A DNA stretch of 64,000 bases from Eubacteriales bacterium (GCA_045544255.1 JAZPYP010000072.1:41764-105763); one strand, 5' to 3'; counted from the first letter of the stretch, positions 36,784 to 47,414 are shown. A program made the numbers and translations. Notes: generated by a model from the letters alone, not told the origin.

Positions 36784-38724
36784 TTATACATCAAGATTCA
36801 TCACATACTTGGCATTTTCTTCGATAAATGCCTTTCTGGGCTCTACCTTTTCGCCCATCAAAATAGAAAATGTCTGATCGGCGGCGATGGCATCGCCCAA
36901 TGTGAATTGCTTTAAGGTTCGGGTTTCGGGATCCATGGTGGTGGCCCAAAGCTCTTTGGCATCCATCTCACCAAGACCCTTATTGCGGCTGATCTCTACC
37001 TTGCCCTTGCCATCCTCGCCGCGGAGCTCTGCAGAGATTTTATCTCTTTCTTCATCGGAATAGGCATAGCGGGTTTCCTTGCCCTTCACTAATTTATAAA
37101 GGGGAGGCACCGCGGTATAAACATAGCCGCCTTCAATGAGGGGGCGCATAAAGCGGAAGAAGAAGGTCAGCAGAAGGGTGCGGATATGCGCACCATCCAC
37201 GTCCGCATCCGCCATGATAATAACCTTACCATAGCGCAGCTTTTCAATATCGAAATCGGCGCCGATATTAGTGCCCAGCGCGGCGATCACCGGCTGAAGC
37301 TTATCGTTATTATAAACCTTATCCAAGCGGGATTTTTCAACATTGAGCATCTTGCCCCAAAGGGAAAGGATCGCTTGGAAGCGGCGATCGCGGCCATCCT
37401 TGGCGGAGCCGCCTGCCGAATCTCCCTCTACGATATAGATTTCGCTATACTTGGTATCCTTGCTCTGGCAATCGGCCAGCTTACCGGGGAGGGAAAGAGA
37501 GGTGGAAAGGGCGCTCTTTCTTGCGCTCTCTCTTGCCTTTCTTGCCGCCTCTCTTGCCTGAGAGGCCGAGACTGCCTTGCTGATAATGGTTTTGGCAACC
37601 TTGGGATTTTCTTCAAAAAATTCGGTAAGCTTCTCGGTGATGATGGAGCTGACTAAGCCCCGCACCTCACTATTGCCCAGCTTGGTTTTGGTCTGGCCCT
37701 CAAATTGAGCCTCTTCCACCTTCACACTGATGATCACCGTTAAGCCTTCCCGCACATCCTCGCTGGAAAGGTTGGCATCCTTTTCCTTAAGATAATTATT
37801 TTTGCGGGCATAGGAATTGATCACATTGGTCATCGCCGCCTTAAAGCCGGTCTCATGGGTACCGCCTTCGGTGGTATTGATATCATTAGCAAAGGAGATG
37901 AGGGTTTCATCATATTTGGTGGTATATTGCATGGCGATCTCCGCCATGGAAGTGCCCTTCATCCCGCTTACATAGATGACCTCTTCATGGATCGGCTCCT
38001 TGCTCTTATTGAGATAAGTAACAAACTCGCGGATACCGCCCTCATAGCAGAGGTTCTTGCTCTTTTTATTCTCTTCATCTCGCAGATCTTCAAAAACAAT
38101 CCGAAGGCCTGCATTGAGAAACGCCTGCTCCCGCAGCCGCTTTAAGAGCACATCATATTCATATTCCAACGTTTCAAAAATCTGATCATCCGCCAAAAAG
38201 CGCACTTTGGTGCCGGTCTTTTCGGTTTCGCCTGTGATCTTCAATGAGCCGGTGGAATGGCCCCGCTCATAGCGCTGGGAATGGATCTTGCCATCATGGT
38301 GAACCTCTACCTCTAACCATTCGGAAAGGGCATTAACAACCGATGCGCCAACACCATGCAAGCCGCCGGAAACCTTATATCCGCCGCCGCCGAATTTACC
38401 GCCGGCATGGAGAATGGTAAAGACCACCTCAACAGTCGGAATTCCCATCTTGGGATGAATGCCCACAGGGATACCGCGGCCATTATCCTCCACTTCGATG
38501 ATATTGCCCGGCAAAATGCGCACACTGATGGTATCGCAATAGCCGGCCAGCGCCTCATCGATGGAGTTATCCACGATTTCATATACCAGATGATGAAGAC
38601 CGCGAATAGAAGTGGACCCGATATACATACCTGGGCGCTTTCTTACTGCCTCCAGCCCTTCCAATACCTGAATGGAAGATTCATCGTATTGGTTGGTTAC
38701 TTTTTGTTGATCCATTTTTTTCAA
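36784..38724 (-). CDS. gyrB: DNA gyrase subunit B
   Basis: 646 aa with GHKL ATPase, [21 protein letters not shown] and [11 protein letters not shown]-type motifs. Confidence 0.95.
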   Translation of the reverse strand: MKKMDQQKVTNQYDESSIQVLEGLEAVRKRPGMYIGSTSIRGLHHLVYEIVDNSIDEALAGYCDTISVRILPGNIIEVEDNGRGIPVGIHPKMGIPTVEVVFTILHAGGKFGGGGYKVSGGLHGVGASVVNALSEWLEVEVHHDGKIHSQRYERGHSTGSLKITGETEKTGTKVRFLADDQIFETLEYEYDVLLKRLREQAFLNAGLRIVFEDLRDEENKKSKNLCYEGGIREFVTYLNKSKEPIHEEVIYVSGMKGTSMAEIAMQYTTKYDETLISFANDINTTEGGTHETGFKAAMTNVINSYARKNNYLKEKDANLSSEDVREGLTVIISVKVEEAQFEGQTKTKLGNSEVRGLVSSIITEKLTEFFEENPKVAKTIISKAVSASQAREAARKARESARKSALSTSLSLPGKLADCQSKDTKYSEIYIVEGDSAGGSAKDGRDRRFQAILSLWGKMLNVEKSRLDKVYNNDKLQPVIAALGTNIGADFDIEKLRYGKVIIMADADVDGAHIRTLLLTFFFRFMRPLIEGGYVYTAVPPLYKLVKGKETRYAYSDEERDKISAELRGEDGKGKVEISRNKGLGEMDAKELWATTMDPETRTLKQFTLGDAIAADQTFSILMGEKVEPRKAFIEENAKYVMNLDV

Positions 38725-38760
38725 CTTTCCTTTCGTTACTTTCTTAATCAGAAAATGTTT

Positions 38761-39030
38761 TTATATATAAGAAATTTTTTTAATATAGTTGCAGCGTTTG
38801 AGCAAGGTTTGGGCGGAGATTTGGGAGATATAGACCACCACATCCATTCCCCAGTTGCATACGATGAAGGATTTTGGAATATCGGTGGCCACATTGATCA
38901 GCTTAAATTCCTTTTCCTTGGCCTTTAAAAAATCTCTTGTTCGCTTTGATACAGTGGCTTTATCCATATCAAAGATGCCGATAATATGCTCCTTTTTAAT
39001 GAGCACATCCTGCCCCAGATGGAGATACAC
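38761..39030 (-). CDS. DUF370 (RemB/YaaB-like) small protein
   Basis: GTG at 39030 gives VYLHLGQDVLIKKEHIIGIFDMD...YISQISAQTLLKR, a DUF370 pattern. Conserved position between recF and gyrB. The track start at 39186 overlaps recF. Confidence 0.6.
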   Translation of the reverse strand: MYLHLGQDVLIKKEHIIGIFDMDKATVSKRTRDFLKAKEKEFKLINVATDIPKSFIVCNWGMDVVVYISQISAQTLLKRCNYIKKISYI

Positions 39031-40129
39031 GCTCCCTTGCCACCTTTCCTTCTTTAATAAAAAATACTTTATCGCCTTTTTTACGGATCTTTCCAAGCTC
39101 GCAGGTGGAAAGCACTGTTTGATGCCCTTCCATGCGGGAAAAGATGAATTTTTGGCGATTGGCATCCAGTTCCGATAAAATATCATCCAGCAATAATACA
39201 GGGAAATGGCCGCACCTTTTTTTCACAACTTCGGCTTCTGCCAATTTCATTGCCAGAACCGCCGAGCGGATCTGCCCTTGAGAGCCGAAAAATTTCATGC
39301 TCTTTCCGGCAAGAAGGATCAAAATATCATCTTTATGCACCCCGCAAAGGGTTTGCCCCATGGCAAGATCCTGCTCCTGCATCCGCTCCAAGCGGGATAA
39401 AAATAATTCTTTATATTCCTGCTCGCTATGAGCATCTTTTGAAAATTGGTTCAGATAAATGAGCTTTAATTTTTCTGCGCCCTTCGAGATCTCGCCATAA
39501 AATTCCTTGGCATATTGATCCAGCTCCAAAAGATAATCCTGCCGCGCCTTTGCAATACAGGCCCCTGCTTCGGCAAGCTTTTCATTCCAGATAGAAAGCA
39601 TTTCCGCCAAGGAAGGGTTTTCTTTGCATTGGTTTAAAAGGGCATTTCGGTTTTTAATGATCTTTTGGTAATTTAAAAGCTGATCGGTATAATGAAGATC
39701 CAAGGAGCAAAGGGCCATATCCAAAAAATTGCGGCGCTTATTGGGCCCTTCTTTAATCAGATTAAGATGATCGGGCGTAAAGATCACCGATTGAAAATTA
39801 CCGAGCAGATCTCGGAGCCTTCCAACCACAAGCCCATTATAGCGGTATTCTTTAGGCCGATCTTTCTTAAAGAGGATCTGCAGCTGCTCCGCGCTGCCTT
39901 CCACTTCAAAATCCAATGTAATCGCCGCTTCTTCTTTTCCAAAGCGGATCAACTGCTCCTCTCTTTTTACCCGATAGCTTTTCAGGCAGGTGCAAAAATA
40001 GATGGCTTCGATGCAGTTTGTTTTCCCTTGGGCATTATTGCCCGCAAGAATATTGATTCCATCGTTAAAAGAAAGAGTGGTATCTTCAAAATTCCGAAAA
40101 TTTTCAAGCCTTAATGCTTTGATCTTCAT
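38996..40129 (-). CDS. recF: DNA replication/repair protein RecF
   Basis: MKIKALRLENFRNF, Walker A GNNAQGKTN, signature LLLDDILSELD. Confidence 0.9.
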   Translation of the reverse strand: MKIKALRLENFRNFEDTTLSFNDGINILAGNNAQGKTNCIEAIYFCTCLKSYRVKREEQLIRFGKEEAAITLDFEVEGSAEQLQILFKKDRPKEYRYNGLVVGRLRDLLGNFQSVIFTPDHLNLIKEGPNKRRNFLDMALCSLDLHYTDQLLNYQKIIKNRNALLNQCKENPSLAEMLSIWNEKLAEAGACIAKARQDYLLELDQYAKEFYGEISKGAEKLKLIYLNQFSKDAHSEQEYKELFLSRLERMQEQDLAMGQTLCGVHKDDILILLAGKSMKFFGSQGQIRSAVLAMKLAEAEVVKKRCGHFPVLLLDDILSELDANRQKFIFSRMEGHQTVLSTCELGKIRKKGDKVFFIKEGKVARERVSPSGAGCAH

Positions 40130-40335
40130 CTTACAATTTTAAATTCTTCATTCATAATCGAAAAAGAATCCTCTTCATAAAGCTTTTTGCCCTTCATCAG
40201 GCATACCTCACCATTGACCAAAACCTGCCCATCTAAAATCAGCAGCTTGGCATGGCCGCCGGTTTCTGCGATACCGCAAAGCTTCAAAGCATCGCAAAGG
40301 CGGATATATTCATCTTTAATTAAAAGCTTATTCAT
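40126..40335 (-). CDS. S4-domain RNA-binding protein (YaaA/RlbA-like)
   Basis: 69 aa. Conserved slot between dnaN and recF. S4-like GGHAKLLILDGQVLVNGE. Confidence 0.7.
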   Translation of the reverse strand: MNKLLIKDEYIRLCDALKLCGIAETGGHAKLLILDGQVLVNGEVCLMKGKKLYEEDSFSIMNEEFKIVR

Positions 40336-40338
40336 CTC

Positions 40339-41460
40339 TTATTCCTTCATTCGAAGAGGCAATACCAAGAAAAGATAATCCTCTTTATCCATAGGGCGCA
40401 AAATAATGGGCGCCAGATTGCTCTGCAGCTCGATCATGATCTCTTCATCATCGCAGGCGGCAAGAGCGGCCAGCATATATTTATAGTTGAAGCCGATCAC
40501 CATCTTTTCGGAAAATTCTTCGCATTCAATTGAATCTTCAAATTTACCGATATTGGAAGCGGTGGAAATATCAATATGATCAAAATCAAAGCTGCAGCGA
40601 ATGGGGCTGATAATGGAAGCATTGGCCATCAGGGAAGCCCGCTCGATCACCTTTTCAAAATCCCGCACATTGGTTTTAACGCGGAATTTATAATTTTTGG
40701 GGATCGCAGCCTTATAATCCAAAAATTCCCCTTCCAGCAAGCGGGAAACAAGCTGCACACTATCGTATTTAAAGGAAACAAAGCTTCCGCTATGGCGGAT
40801 CTCAATGGTCTCCTCTTCGCTATCGGGAAGGATCTTTAAAAGCTCATTCAGCGCGCGGGAAGGAATCACCACTTTAGAGAAATTTCCCTGCACCTGCTCA
40901 AAGGGTACCTTGCGGATCGCCAAGCGGAAATTATCCACTGCTACTGCAGAAATATTTCCCTCTTCCTTATTCAGCTCGAAAAGTACACCGGTTAAGATCG
41001 GCTTCAGATCGGTGATGGAAACGGCAAAAATAGTCTGCCGCACCATAGTTTTGAAATTGGAATAGGTCAGCACAATGCCATCCTCGCTGAGCACTCCGGG
41101 AAGCTCCGGAAAATTCTCATCGCTCATGCCGGTAATGGTAAAGTTGGAATTACCGCCGTTGATATGGGTCAGATAAGTTCTGTTATCTGCCTCAACAGTA
41201 ACGGTGCAGGAGGGCAATTTCCGAATGATATCGCCAAAGATGCGGGAATTTAAGATAATAACGCCCCGCTCGGTATCCTCGGCATCAATTTCATAAGAGA
41301 TCGAAATATTTTGGTCATAGGCGCTGAGCAAAACCTTGCCGCTATCGGAGATTTCAATTAAGATGCCTTCCAATGCGGGAATGGTGGATTTAGCGCTTGC
41401 TGCTTTGGATACAATATTGATGGCTTCATTGAGAACAGAACGGTCACAAGAAAATTTCAT
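40339..41460 (-). CDS. dnaN: DNA polymerase III beta sliding clamp
   Basis: 373 aa, three-domain beta-clamp pattern, immediately downstream of dnaA. Confidence 0.9.
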   Translation of the reverse strand: MKFSCDRSVLNEAINIVSKAASAKSTIPALEGILIEISDSGKVLLSAYDQNISISYEIDAEDTERGVIILNSRIFGDIIRKLPSCTVTVEADNRTYLTHINGGNSNFTITGMSDENFPELPGVLSEDGIVLTYSNFKTMVRQTIFAVSITDLKPILTGVLFELNKEEGNISAVAVDNFRLAIRKVPFEQVQGNFSKVVIPSRALNELLKILPDSEEETIEIRHSGSFVSFKYDSVQLVSRLLEGEFLDYKAAIPKNYKFRVKTNVRDFEKVIERASLMANASIISPIRCSFDFDHIDISTASNIGKFEDSIECEEFSEKMVIGFNYKYMLAALAACDDEEIMIELQSNLAPIILRPMDKEDYLFLVLPLRMKE

Positions 41461-41681
41461 AGCAGATCAGTCCTTTCTTTTCTTTCTTTGATGAAGTAGA
41501 TGTTGTTGGTCTGTGTAAAACAAGGAAAACTTCAGTTTTGCCCATGGGGGCGCTGAAATTGCCTTGTTAAATCGCTGTTGATTTGCAAAATAATTTTAAA
41601 AGGGATTGAACATTGTTATGTAAACAAATGTCCCCCTTGTTAAAACTGTTGAAAAAAATCTGTTAAATTCTGAAAAAACTG

Positions 41682-43046
41682 TTAATAGGATTTTTTGATA
41701 TTTTCAGTCAGCTCCGCAACAATTTTGGTAATATTGGGATCCTGCTTAATGGCATCTTCCAGCTGGCGGATATTATAAAGAACAGTGGTATGATTTTTTC
41801 CGCCCATTTCCTTGCCGATCTCCGGCAAAGAAAGATCGGTATTTTCGCGGATCATATACATAGCCATTCTTCTTGCCGGCATAATATCGCCGCTTCTCTT
41901 TTCCCCTTTGATCTGCTCGGGGGTAACATTATAATAGCGGCAAACATGGTCGATGATGGAGGCGGGAGTAACAGCATTTTTGGTATGATCCCAAACCACG
42001 GCTTCCATTGCGGTTTTGGCAAGGGCGATGGAAGGAGTTTGGCCCCAAAGGGAATTATAAGCTTTAAGCTTTTTAATGGTGCCCTCCAGCTCCCGAATAT
42101 TGGTTTTGATTTTTGAAGCGATCAGCTCGGTAACCTCATCGGAGATATTCAGGTTATAAAGCTTGGCCTTTCTTTTAATGATCGCCACTCTGGTTTCGTA
42201 TTCAGGGGGCTGCACATCTGCGATCAAGCCCATAGAAAAGCGGGATTGAAGCCGCTCTTCCAAAGTAACCAGCTCTTTGGGAGGCCGGTCGGAGGTTAAA
42301 ATAATCTGCTTCCCTGCTTCATAGAGGGCATCAAAGGTATGAAAAAGCTCCTCCTGAATGGCATTTTTACCGCTGATGAACTGCACATCGTCCATCAGCA
42401 GCATATCGGCCATGCGGTATTTATTTTTAAATTGCCGCTGGGCATTATGCTGAATGGCATCGATCAGCTCGCTGGTAAATTCATCGCCCTTCACATAGAG
42501 GATCTTCATCTCCGGATGCATCTCTTTGATCTTATTGGCAATAGCATTGATCAGATGGGTTTTGCCAAGGCCGCTATGGCCATAAAGGAAGAATGGATTA
42601 TAGGCCGAGGCGGGATTATTGGCAATGGCCAAGGCTGCTGCATGGGCAAATTCATTTTCCTTGCCGATAACGAAATTTTCAAAGGTCAGATTGCTTTTGG
42701 CATCAAAGGCTCTGAATTCCTGGTCTACCTGCTCCAGCATGGAGGAGGTTACCTCTTCATTCTTTTTTTGGGCCGCTTCGCGGAATCCGGGGGGCACTTC
42801 CTCTTCGGTCATCACCTTCATCTCAACATCAAAGCCGATGGAATCGGAAATAGCCTCTTCGATCTGGGTTTTATATTTTTTATCAATAATACTCTTTTGA
42901 AAAAGAGTTGACACGCAAAAATAAGCGGTATCGTTTTCCATTTTCATGGGAATCAGCAGCTTGATCCATGTTTCAAAAGAAGTGGAATTCAAATCATGCT
43001 CCAGCTTCATAAGCGCTTTATCCCAAACATCCTTAAATGATTGCAT
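41682..43046 (-). CDS. dnaA: chromosomal replication initiator DnaA
   Basis: 454 aa. Walker A GHSGLGKTHL, and a C-terminal DNA-binding helix region. Confidence 0.95.
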   Translation of the reverse strand: MQSFKDVWDKALMKLEHDLNSTSFETWIKLLIPMKMENDTAYFCVSTLFQKSIIDKKYKTQIEEAISDSIGFDVEMKVMTEEEVPPGFREAAQKKNEEVTSSMLEQVDQEFRAFDAKSNLTFENFVIGKENEFAHAAALAIANNPASAYNPFFLYGHSGLGKTHLINAIANKIKEMHPEMKILYVKGDEFTSELIDAIQHNAQRQFKNKYRMADMLLMDDVQFISGKNAIQEELFHTFDALYEAGKQIILTSDRPPKELVTLEERLQSRFSMGLIADVQPPEYETRVAIIKRKAKLYNLNISDEVTELIASKIKTNIRELEGTIKKLKAYNSLWGQTPSIALAKTAMEAVVWDHTKNAVTPASIIDHVCRYYNVTPEQIKGEKRSGDIMPARRMAMYMIRENTDLSLPEIGKEMGGKNHTTVLYNIRQLEDAIKQDPNITKIVAELTENIKKSY

Positions 43047-43200
43047 CTCTTATCCCCCTTTGTAGAAAACTTGTGCAAAACTTATAAGACAACAGTATTA
43101 CACCCTATTTTAACATAGATTTTTTTTAATTTCAATATCTATTTATATAATTATACTAATAATATAGTATCATTATTTAAATAAGGAGAGGAGGGAAAAT
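43047..43200. other. putative oriC segment with AT-rich unwinding region
   Basis: Position between divergent dnaA and the rpmH-side genes. ~80-nt very AT-rich stretch at 43107..43184. Only degenerate DnaA-box-like 9-mers (TTATCCCCC 43050..43058, TGTGCAAAA 43072..43080). Confidence 0.45.
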
Positions 43201-43204
43201 TATG

Positions 43205-43233
43205 TTGACAATATTTTTTTTTCGATATATAAT
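43205..43233 (+). promoter_or_regulatory. glyQS promoter
   Basis: TTGACA - 17 nt - TATAAT, both hexamers perfect, 33 nt before the ATG. Confidence 0.65.
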
Positions 43234-43265
43234 GAGTTTTTAGATAATAATAGGAGGGTGAACCT

Positions 43266-44648
43266 ATGAAAAATACAGAAAAAACAATGGAGCAGGTTGT
43301 AAATCTCTGCAAGAGCCGCGGCTTTGTTTATAGCGGCAGCGAAATCTACGGCGGCCTTTCCAATTCTTGGGATTATGGTCCTTTAGGGGTGGAGCTGAAG
43401 AACAATGTGAAGAAGGCTTGGTGGCAGAAATTTGTGCAGGAATCTCCCTATAATGTGGGCCTTGATTCCGCTATTATCATGAACCCCGAAACCTGGGTAA
43501 CCAGCGGCCATGTGGGCGGATTTTCCGATCCCTTGATGGATTGCAAGGAATGCCATGCCCGCCACAGAGCCGATAAGCTCATCGAGGATGATGGCGGCCA
43601 TGCCGAGGGCATGACCTTTGAGCAGATGGAAGAATATATCAGGGAAAAGGGCCTTGTTTGCCCCGATTGCGGCAAGGCAAACTTTACCGATATCCGCAAA
43701 TTTAACCTGATGTTTAAAACCTTCATCGGCGTTACGGAAGACGCTAAAAATGAGGTTTATCTGCGGCCGGAAACTGCCCAGGGCATCTTTGTAAACTATG
43801 CCAATATTCAGCGCACCACCCGCAAAAAGCTGCCCTTCGGTGTTTGCCAGATTGGTAAATCCTTCCGCAATGAGATCACTCCCGGCAACTTTGTTTTCCG
43901 CACCCGCGAATTTGAGCAGATGGAATGCGAATTCTTCTGCAAACCCGATACTGATCTGGATTGGTTCTATTATTGGAAAGATTTCTGCAAGAATTGGCTG
44001 ATCGCTCTTGGCATGAAGGAAGAAAATATGCGCCTGAGGGATCATGAGAAGGAAGAGCTTTCCTTCTATTCCAAGGCCACTACCGATATTGAATTCCTCT
44101 TCCCCTTCGGTTGGGGCGAGCTTTGGGGCATTGCCGACCGCACCAATTATGATCTTGGCCGCCATCAGGAAGCCAGCGGAAAATCCTTGGAATATTTCGA
44201 TCCCGAAACCAATGAGCGGTATATCCCTTATGTGGTGGAGCCCTCTTTGGGCGCCGATCGGGTGCTGCTTGCTTTCCTTTGCGATGCTTATGATGAGGAA
44301 GTTCTGGATGCAGAGAAGAATGATACCCGCGTTGTTTTGCGGCTGCATCCTGCGCTGGCGCCTGTGAAGGCGGCGGTTCTTCCCCTTTCCAAGAAGCTTT
44401 CCGATGCTGCAATGGAAAAGGTTTATAATGTGCTTTGCAAAGAATTCAATGTGGAATTCGATGATGCAGGCTCTATCGGTAAGCGCTATCGCCGGCAGGA
44501 TGAGATCGGCACTCCCTTCTCCATCTGCTATGATTTTGATAGCGAAGAGGATGGCTGCGTTACCATTCGTTTCAGAGATACCATGGAGCAAAAGCGGGTT
44601 AAAATCGAAGAATTGGTAGAATTTATCCGCAATAGTCTTAAATTTTAA
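43266..44648 (+). CDS. glyQS: glycine--tRNA ligase (class II, homodimeric type)
   Basis: 460 aa. N-terminus [24 protein letters not shown] and class II motifs. Confidence 0.9.
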   Translation: MKNTEKTMEQVVNLCKSRGFVYSGSEIYGGLSNSWDYGPLGVELKNNVKKAWWQKFVQESPYNVGLDSAIIMNPETWVTSGHVGGFSDPLMDCKECHARHRADKLIEDDGGHAEGMTFEQMEEYIREKGLVCPDCGKANFTDIRKFNLMFKTFIGVTEDAKNEVYLRPETAQGIFVNYANIQRTTRKKLPFGVCQIGKSFRNEITPGNFVFRTREFEQMECEFFCKPDTDLDWFYYWKDFCKNWLIALGMKEENMRLRDHEKEELSFYSKATTDIEFLFPFGWGELWGIADRTNYDLGRHQEASGKSLEYFDPETNERYIPYVVEPSLGADRVLLAFLCDAYDEEVLDAEKNDTRVVLRLHPALAPVKAAVLPLSKKLSDAAMEKVYNVLCKEFNVEFDDAGSIGKRYRRQDEIGTPFSICYDFDSEEDGCVTIRFRDTMEQKRVKIEELVEFIRNSLKF

Positions 44649-44658
44649 ATAATTTTTG

Positions 44659-44687
44659 TTGACAAATTATGTTTACCAATATATAAT
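44659..44687 (+). promoter_or_regulatory. rpmH promoter
   Basis: TTGACA - 17 nt - TATAAT, both perfect. Confidence 0.7.
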
Positions 44688-44744
44688 GGATTGTGCTCAA
44701 AAATGATTTATGATATCGATGCGATATAAAAGGAGGATTGAAAA

Positions 44745-44879
44745 ATGGTTCGGACTTATCAGCCTAAGAAGCGCCAGAGAAGCAAAGTTCATGGCTTCAG
44801 AAAGAGAATGAAGACTGCTAACGGACAAAAGGTTTTGGCCAGAAGAAGGGCAAAAGGCAGAAAAAGATTAACTCACTAA
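44745..44879 (+). CDS. rpmH: 50S ribosomal protein L34
   Basis: Not in the ORF track (44 aa). My translation is [44 protein letters not shown], with AAGGAGG SD upstream. Confidence 0.95.
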   Translation: MVRTYQPKKRQRSKVHGFRKRMKTANGQKVLARRRAKGRKRLTH

Positions 44880-44888
44880 ATGATAATG

Positions 44889-44919
44889 AAGGCCGCAAAG
44901 ATATTTTGTGGCCTTTTTT
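44889..44919 (+). terminator. hairpin/attenuator between rpmH and rnpA
   Basis: AAGGCCGCAAA-loop-TTTGTGGCCTT followed by TTTT. Confidence 0.6.
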
Positions 44920-44948
44920 ATTGAAGGAGAGCAGAAAAGAGATACGCA

Positions 44949-45266
44949 ATGAGAATCGAAAGCGTTAAAGAAAATGTGAATTTCAGGCGGGCTTATCATC
45001 AGGGGAAATCCTTTGTGGCCAAAGAAATGGTGGTCTATTGGAGAAAGAACCGCATGGGCAAAGAGCGATTGGGGATCACTGTCAGCAAAAAGCTGGGCAA
45101 TTCCCCAAAGCGCAATCGGGTCCGCCGCATCATTCGCGAGGCCATTCGGGCCAATCGGGAGATCTTACCCCGCGGCTGCGATATCATTGTTGTGGCAAGA
45201 AGCCGCGCTCTTTTTTGCAAAAGCACCGATCTTGCTAAAATTTTAAAGGAGCATTTTTCAGCGTGA
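44949..45266 (+). CDS. rnpA: ribonuclease P protein component
   Basis: 105 aa basic protein with the KLGNSPKRNRVRRIIRE RNR motif, after rpmH. Confidence 0.9.
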   Translation: MRIESVKENVNFRRAYHQGKSFVAKEMVVYWRKNRMGKERLGITVSKKLGNSPKRNRVRRIIREAIRANREILPRGCDIIVVARSRALFCKSTDLAKILKEHFSA

Positions 45267-45517
45267 GCAAACTGGAAAAAATCAGAAAAATCCTGATCCT
45301 GCCGATCTTGGCTTATCAGAAATGGATCTCTCCTTTATTTCCGGCAAGATGCAAATTTTACCCCACCTGCTCTGCATACGCCTCAACGGCGATCTTGCGC
45401 TACGGCATATTCATTGGCGGAGCCTTGGCCATCTGGCGCATTCTGCGCTGCAATCCATGGTCGAAGGGTGGAATCGATCCGGTTCCGGATCAACTTTTTA
45501 AAAGGAGAAAAAAATGA
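45263..45517 (+). CDS. yidD: membrane protein insertion efficiency factor YidD
   Basis: YQKWISPLFPARCKFYPTCSAYA signature. GTG start overlapping the rnpA stop. Confidence 0.85.
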   Translation: MSKLEKIRKILILPILAYQKWISPLFPARCKFYPTCSAYASTAILRYGIFIGGALAIWRILRCNPWSKGGIDPVPDQLFKRRKK

Positions 45518-46509
45518 GTATTTGGAGTTATTTGGTCGCGCCTTTCGCGTGGATCATGCAGACCTTTTATGATCTGCTTTTCAATAACTATACCTTGGCG
45601 TTGATCGCCTATGCGGTCGTTGTTAAAATCCTGCTGTTCCCTCTCTCGATGAAGCAGCAGAAGAATTCTCTGAATATGGTGCGCCTGAAGCCTTATCAGG
45701 ATGCCCTGCAGAAAAAATACGGAAATAATCGGGAAAAATACAGTATGGAGCTGCAAAAGCTTTACCAAAGAGAGGGCTATAACCCCATGAGCTCTTGCAC
45801 CCCAATGCTGATTCAGCTTCCGCTGATCTTGGTGATCTATAATGTTGTGCGCCATCCTTTGAGCTTTATCGGCATTAACGGGAAGAATTCCCTCTTTTCC
45901 GCCAATATGAAGGAGGCGGTTTTGGAGCTTGCCAATAAGGTGAAGGATCATCTTCCCGCCAATATGCTGGATAAGAGCGGCCAGATCGCCGAAAAGGTTG
46001 CAGGAAAGATCGGCGATTATGAGCTGCAGATCTATAATGCTGCCAATGCGGCAGGGGTTGATGTTGGCATCGGGGGCAGCAAGCTCTTCGGTGTGATCGA
46101 CCTTTCGGCCACCCCTTCCAATGATTTTTGGTCTTGGATGCTGCTGATCCCCATTGTTTGCTGCCTGACCAGCTTTTTGGTATCCTGGGTTTCTCAAAAA
46201 TATAGCCCCATGCAGCAAAATGCCGATCCTTCTGCCCAAGGAAGCAATAAAATGATGCTTTATATGATGCCCTTGATGTCCTTGATCTTTACCTATTCAT
46301 TAAACTGCGCCCTCGGCGTATATTGGATCATCGGTAATATCCTGAGCATCGGCCAAACCTTCCTTTTGAATAAGATCTATGATCCCAAAAAGGTTTTAGA
46401 TGAGGTTTATGCCAAAATGGAGCATGAAAAAACAGTGAAGAAAGAAAAGCGCAGCGCTGCCGCTGCGAAAAAGGCGGCTGCCATTGCCGCCTCCAAGAAG
46501 AAAAAGTGA
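45514..46509 (+). CDS. yidC: membrane protein insertase YidC/Oxa1 family
   Basis: 331 aa polytopic protein with a lysine-rich C-tail. Conserved position. Confidence 0.85.
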   Translation: MSIWSYLVAPFAWIMQTFYDLLFNNYTLALIAYAVVVKILLFPLSMKQQKNSLNMVRLKPYQDALQKKYGNNREKYSMELQKLYQREGYNPMSSCTPMLIQLPLILVIYNVVRHPLSFIGINGKNSLFSANMKEAVLELANKVKDHLPANMLDKSGQIAEKVAGKIGDYELQIYNAANAAGVDVGIGGSKLFGVIDLSATPSNDFWSWMLLIPIVCCLTSFLVSWVSQKYSPMQQNADPSAQGSNKMMLYMMPLMSLIFTYSLNCALGVYWIIGNILSIGQTFLLNKIYDPKKVLDEVYAKMEHEKTVKKEKRSAAAAKKAAAIAASKKKK

Positions 46510-46518
46510 GGATAAATT

Positions 46519-47358
46519 ATGGCTATTAAAGAATTATTTTTCGAGGGAAAGACCATTGAAGCGGCAGTTGAAAAAGCGGCTGAAGAGCTTCATGAAGATA
46601 AAGATCTGCTTTCCTATTTTGTGGAAGAAACTCCTTCCAAGGGAATCTTCGGCATCGGCGCAACCCCTGCTAAAATCAAGGTTGAGATCGAAGTGCCCGA
46701 TGAAGAGGTAAAGGAAGAGCCTAAAAAAGAAGAGCCCAAAAAGAATTTGAAAATCCCTGCTTGGGAGCCCGAAAAGCTTTCCGGCAAGGGCGCATCCACC
46801 AAAAAGGATGCTCCCAAAAAGAGCGCCAAGAAAGATGCCCCCAAGAAAGAAAAGGTCCATGAGCCGATCCTGCCGGAGGTTGCTAAAAATCCGGTCGACG
46901 ATGAGCATTCCCAAAAGATCCATGCCTTTTTGCTGGGCCTTTTGCCCCATATCGGCGCCGAAGAAGATGGCGCGGTGAAGGTGGAGCTCGGGGAAGATGG
47001 CCATTATTATGCAGAGGTCAGCGGCGCCAAGATGGGTGTGCTGATCGGCAGAAGAGGCGAAACCCTCGATGCAGTGCAGTATCTTTGCAATCTGGTGGTC
47101 AATAAGGGCCGCAGCGAAAAGATTCGCGTTACTGTGGATACCGAAAATTATCGGGCAAAGCGGATCCGCACTCTGGAAGCCTTGGCCGAAAAGAATGCCC
47201 AGAAAGCCATCAAATATAAGAGAAATATCACCATGGAGCCCATGAGCCCCTATGAGCGCCGCATCATTCATGCAGCGCTGACCGGCAGAGAGGATATTAC
47301 AACCTTCTCCGTTGGGAGCGAGCCCAAGCGCCGCGTAGTTGTAAGCTATAAAAAGTAA
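46519..47358 (+). CDS. jag: Jag/KhpB RNA-binding protein (Jag_N, KH, R3H)
   Basis: C-terminal KH/R3H (GRRGETLDAVQYL, PMSPYERRIIH). Lys/Glu-rich linker. Confidence 0.85.
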   Translation: MAIKELFFEGKTIEAAVEKAAEELHEDKDLLSYFVEETPSKGIFGIGATPAKIKVEIEVPDEEVKEEPKKEEPKKNLKIPAWEPEKLSGKGASTKKDAPKKSAKKDAPKKEKVHEPILPEVAKNPVDDEHSQKIHAFLLGLLPHIGAEEDGAVKVELGEDGHYYAEVSGAKMGVLIGRRGETLDAVQYLCNLVVNKGRSEKIRVTVDTENYRAKRIRTLEALAEKNAQKAIKYKRNITMEPMSPYERRIIHAALTGREDITTFSVGSEPKRRVVVSYKK

Positions 47359-47372
47359 TCTTTCAAAAAGTT

Positions 47373-47407
47373 GAGAGCTGAAAAAATCTTTTCAGCTCTC
47401 TCTTTTT
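47373..47407 (+). terminator. jag terminator
   Basis: GAGAGCTGAAAA-loop-TTTTCAGCTCTC followed by TCTTTTT. Confidence 0.8.
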
Positions 47408-47414
47408 ATCCCCA

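Noticed and set aside
34235-36877. 426-aa and 358-aa ORFs antisense to gyrA (34235..35515 and 35801..36877)
   Set aside because: Shadow frames opposite gyrA, with no domain signatures.
39031-39186. Long form (141 aa) of the DUF370 gene overlapping recF by ~190 nt
   Set aside because: DUF370 proteins are ~85-90 aa. A GTG at 39030 with an upstream AAGGTGG gives the conserved length, and the extension has no homology-like features.
43202-43243. 13-codon mini-ORF MLTIFFFRYIMSF with strong SD as a glyQS leader peptide
   Set aside because: It overlaps a perfect TTGACA-17-TATAAT promoter that would start transcription downstream of its ATG. It cannot be resolved without 5'-end data, so it is kept only as a note inside the oriC finding.
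43047-43265. T-box riboswitch upstream of glyQS
   Set aside because: The spacer is too short and too AT-rich. No specifier-loop/T-box (AANNNGGGTGGTACCGCG-like) sequence was seen.
43383-44591. 402-aa ORF antisense to glyQS
   Set aside because: A shadow frame opposite a clear glycyl-tRNA synthetase.
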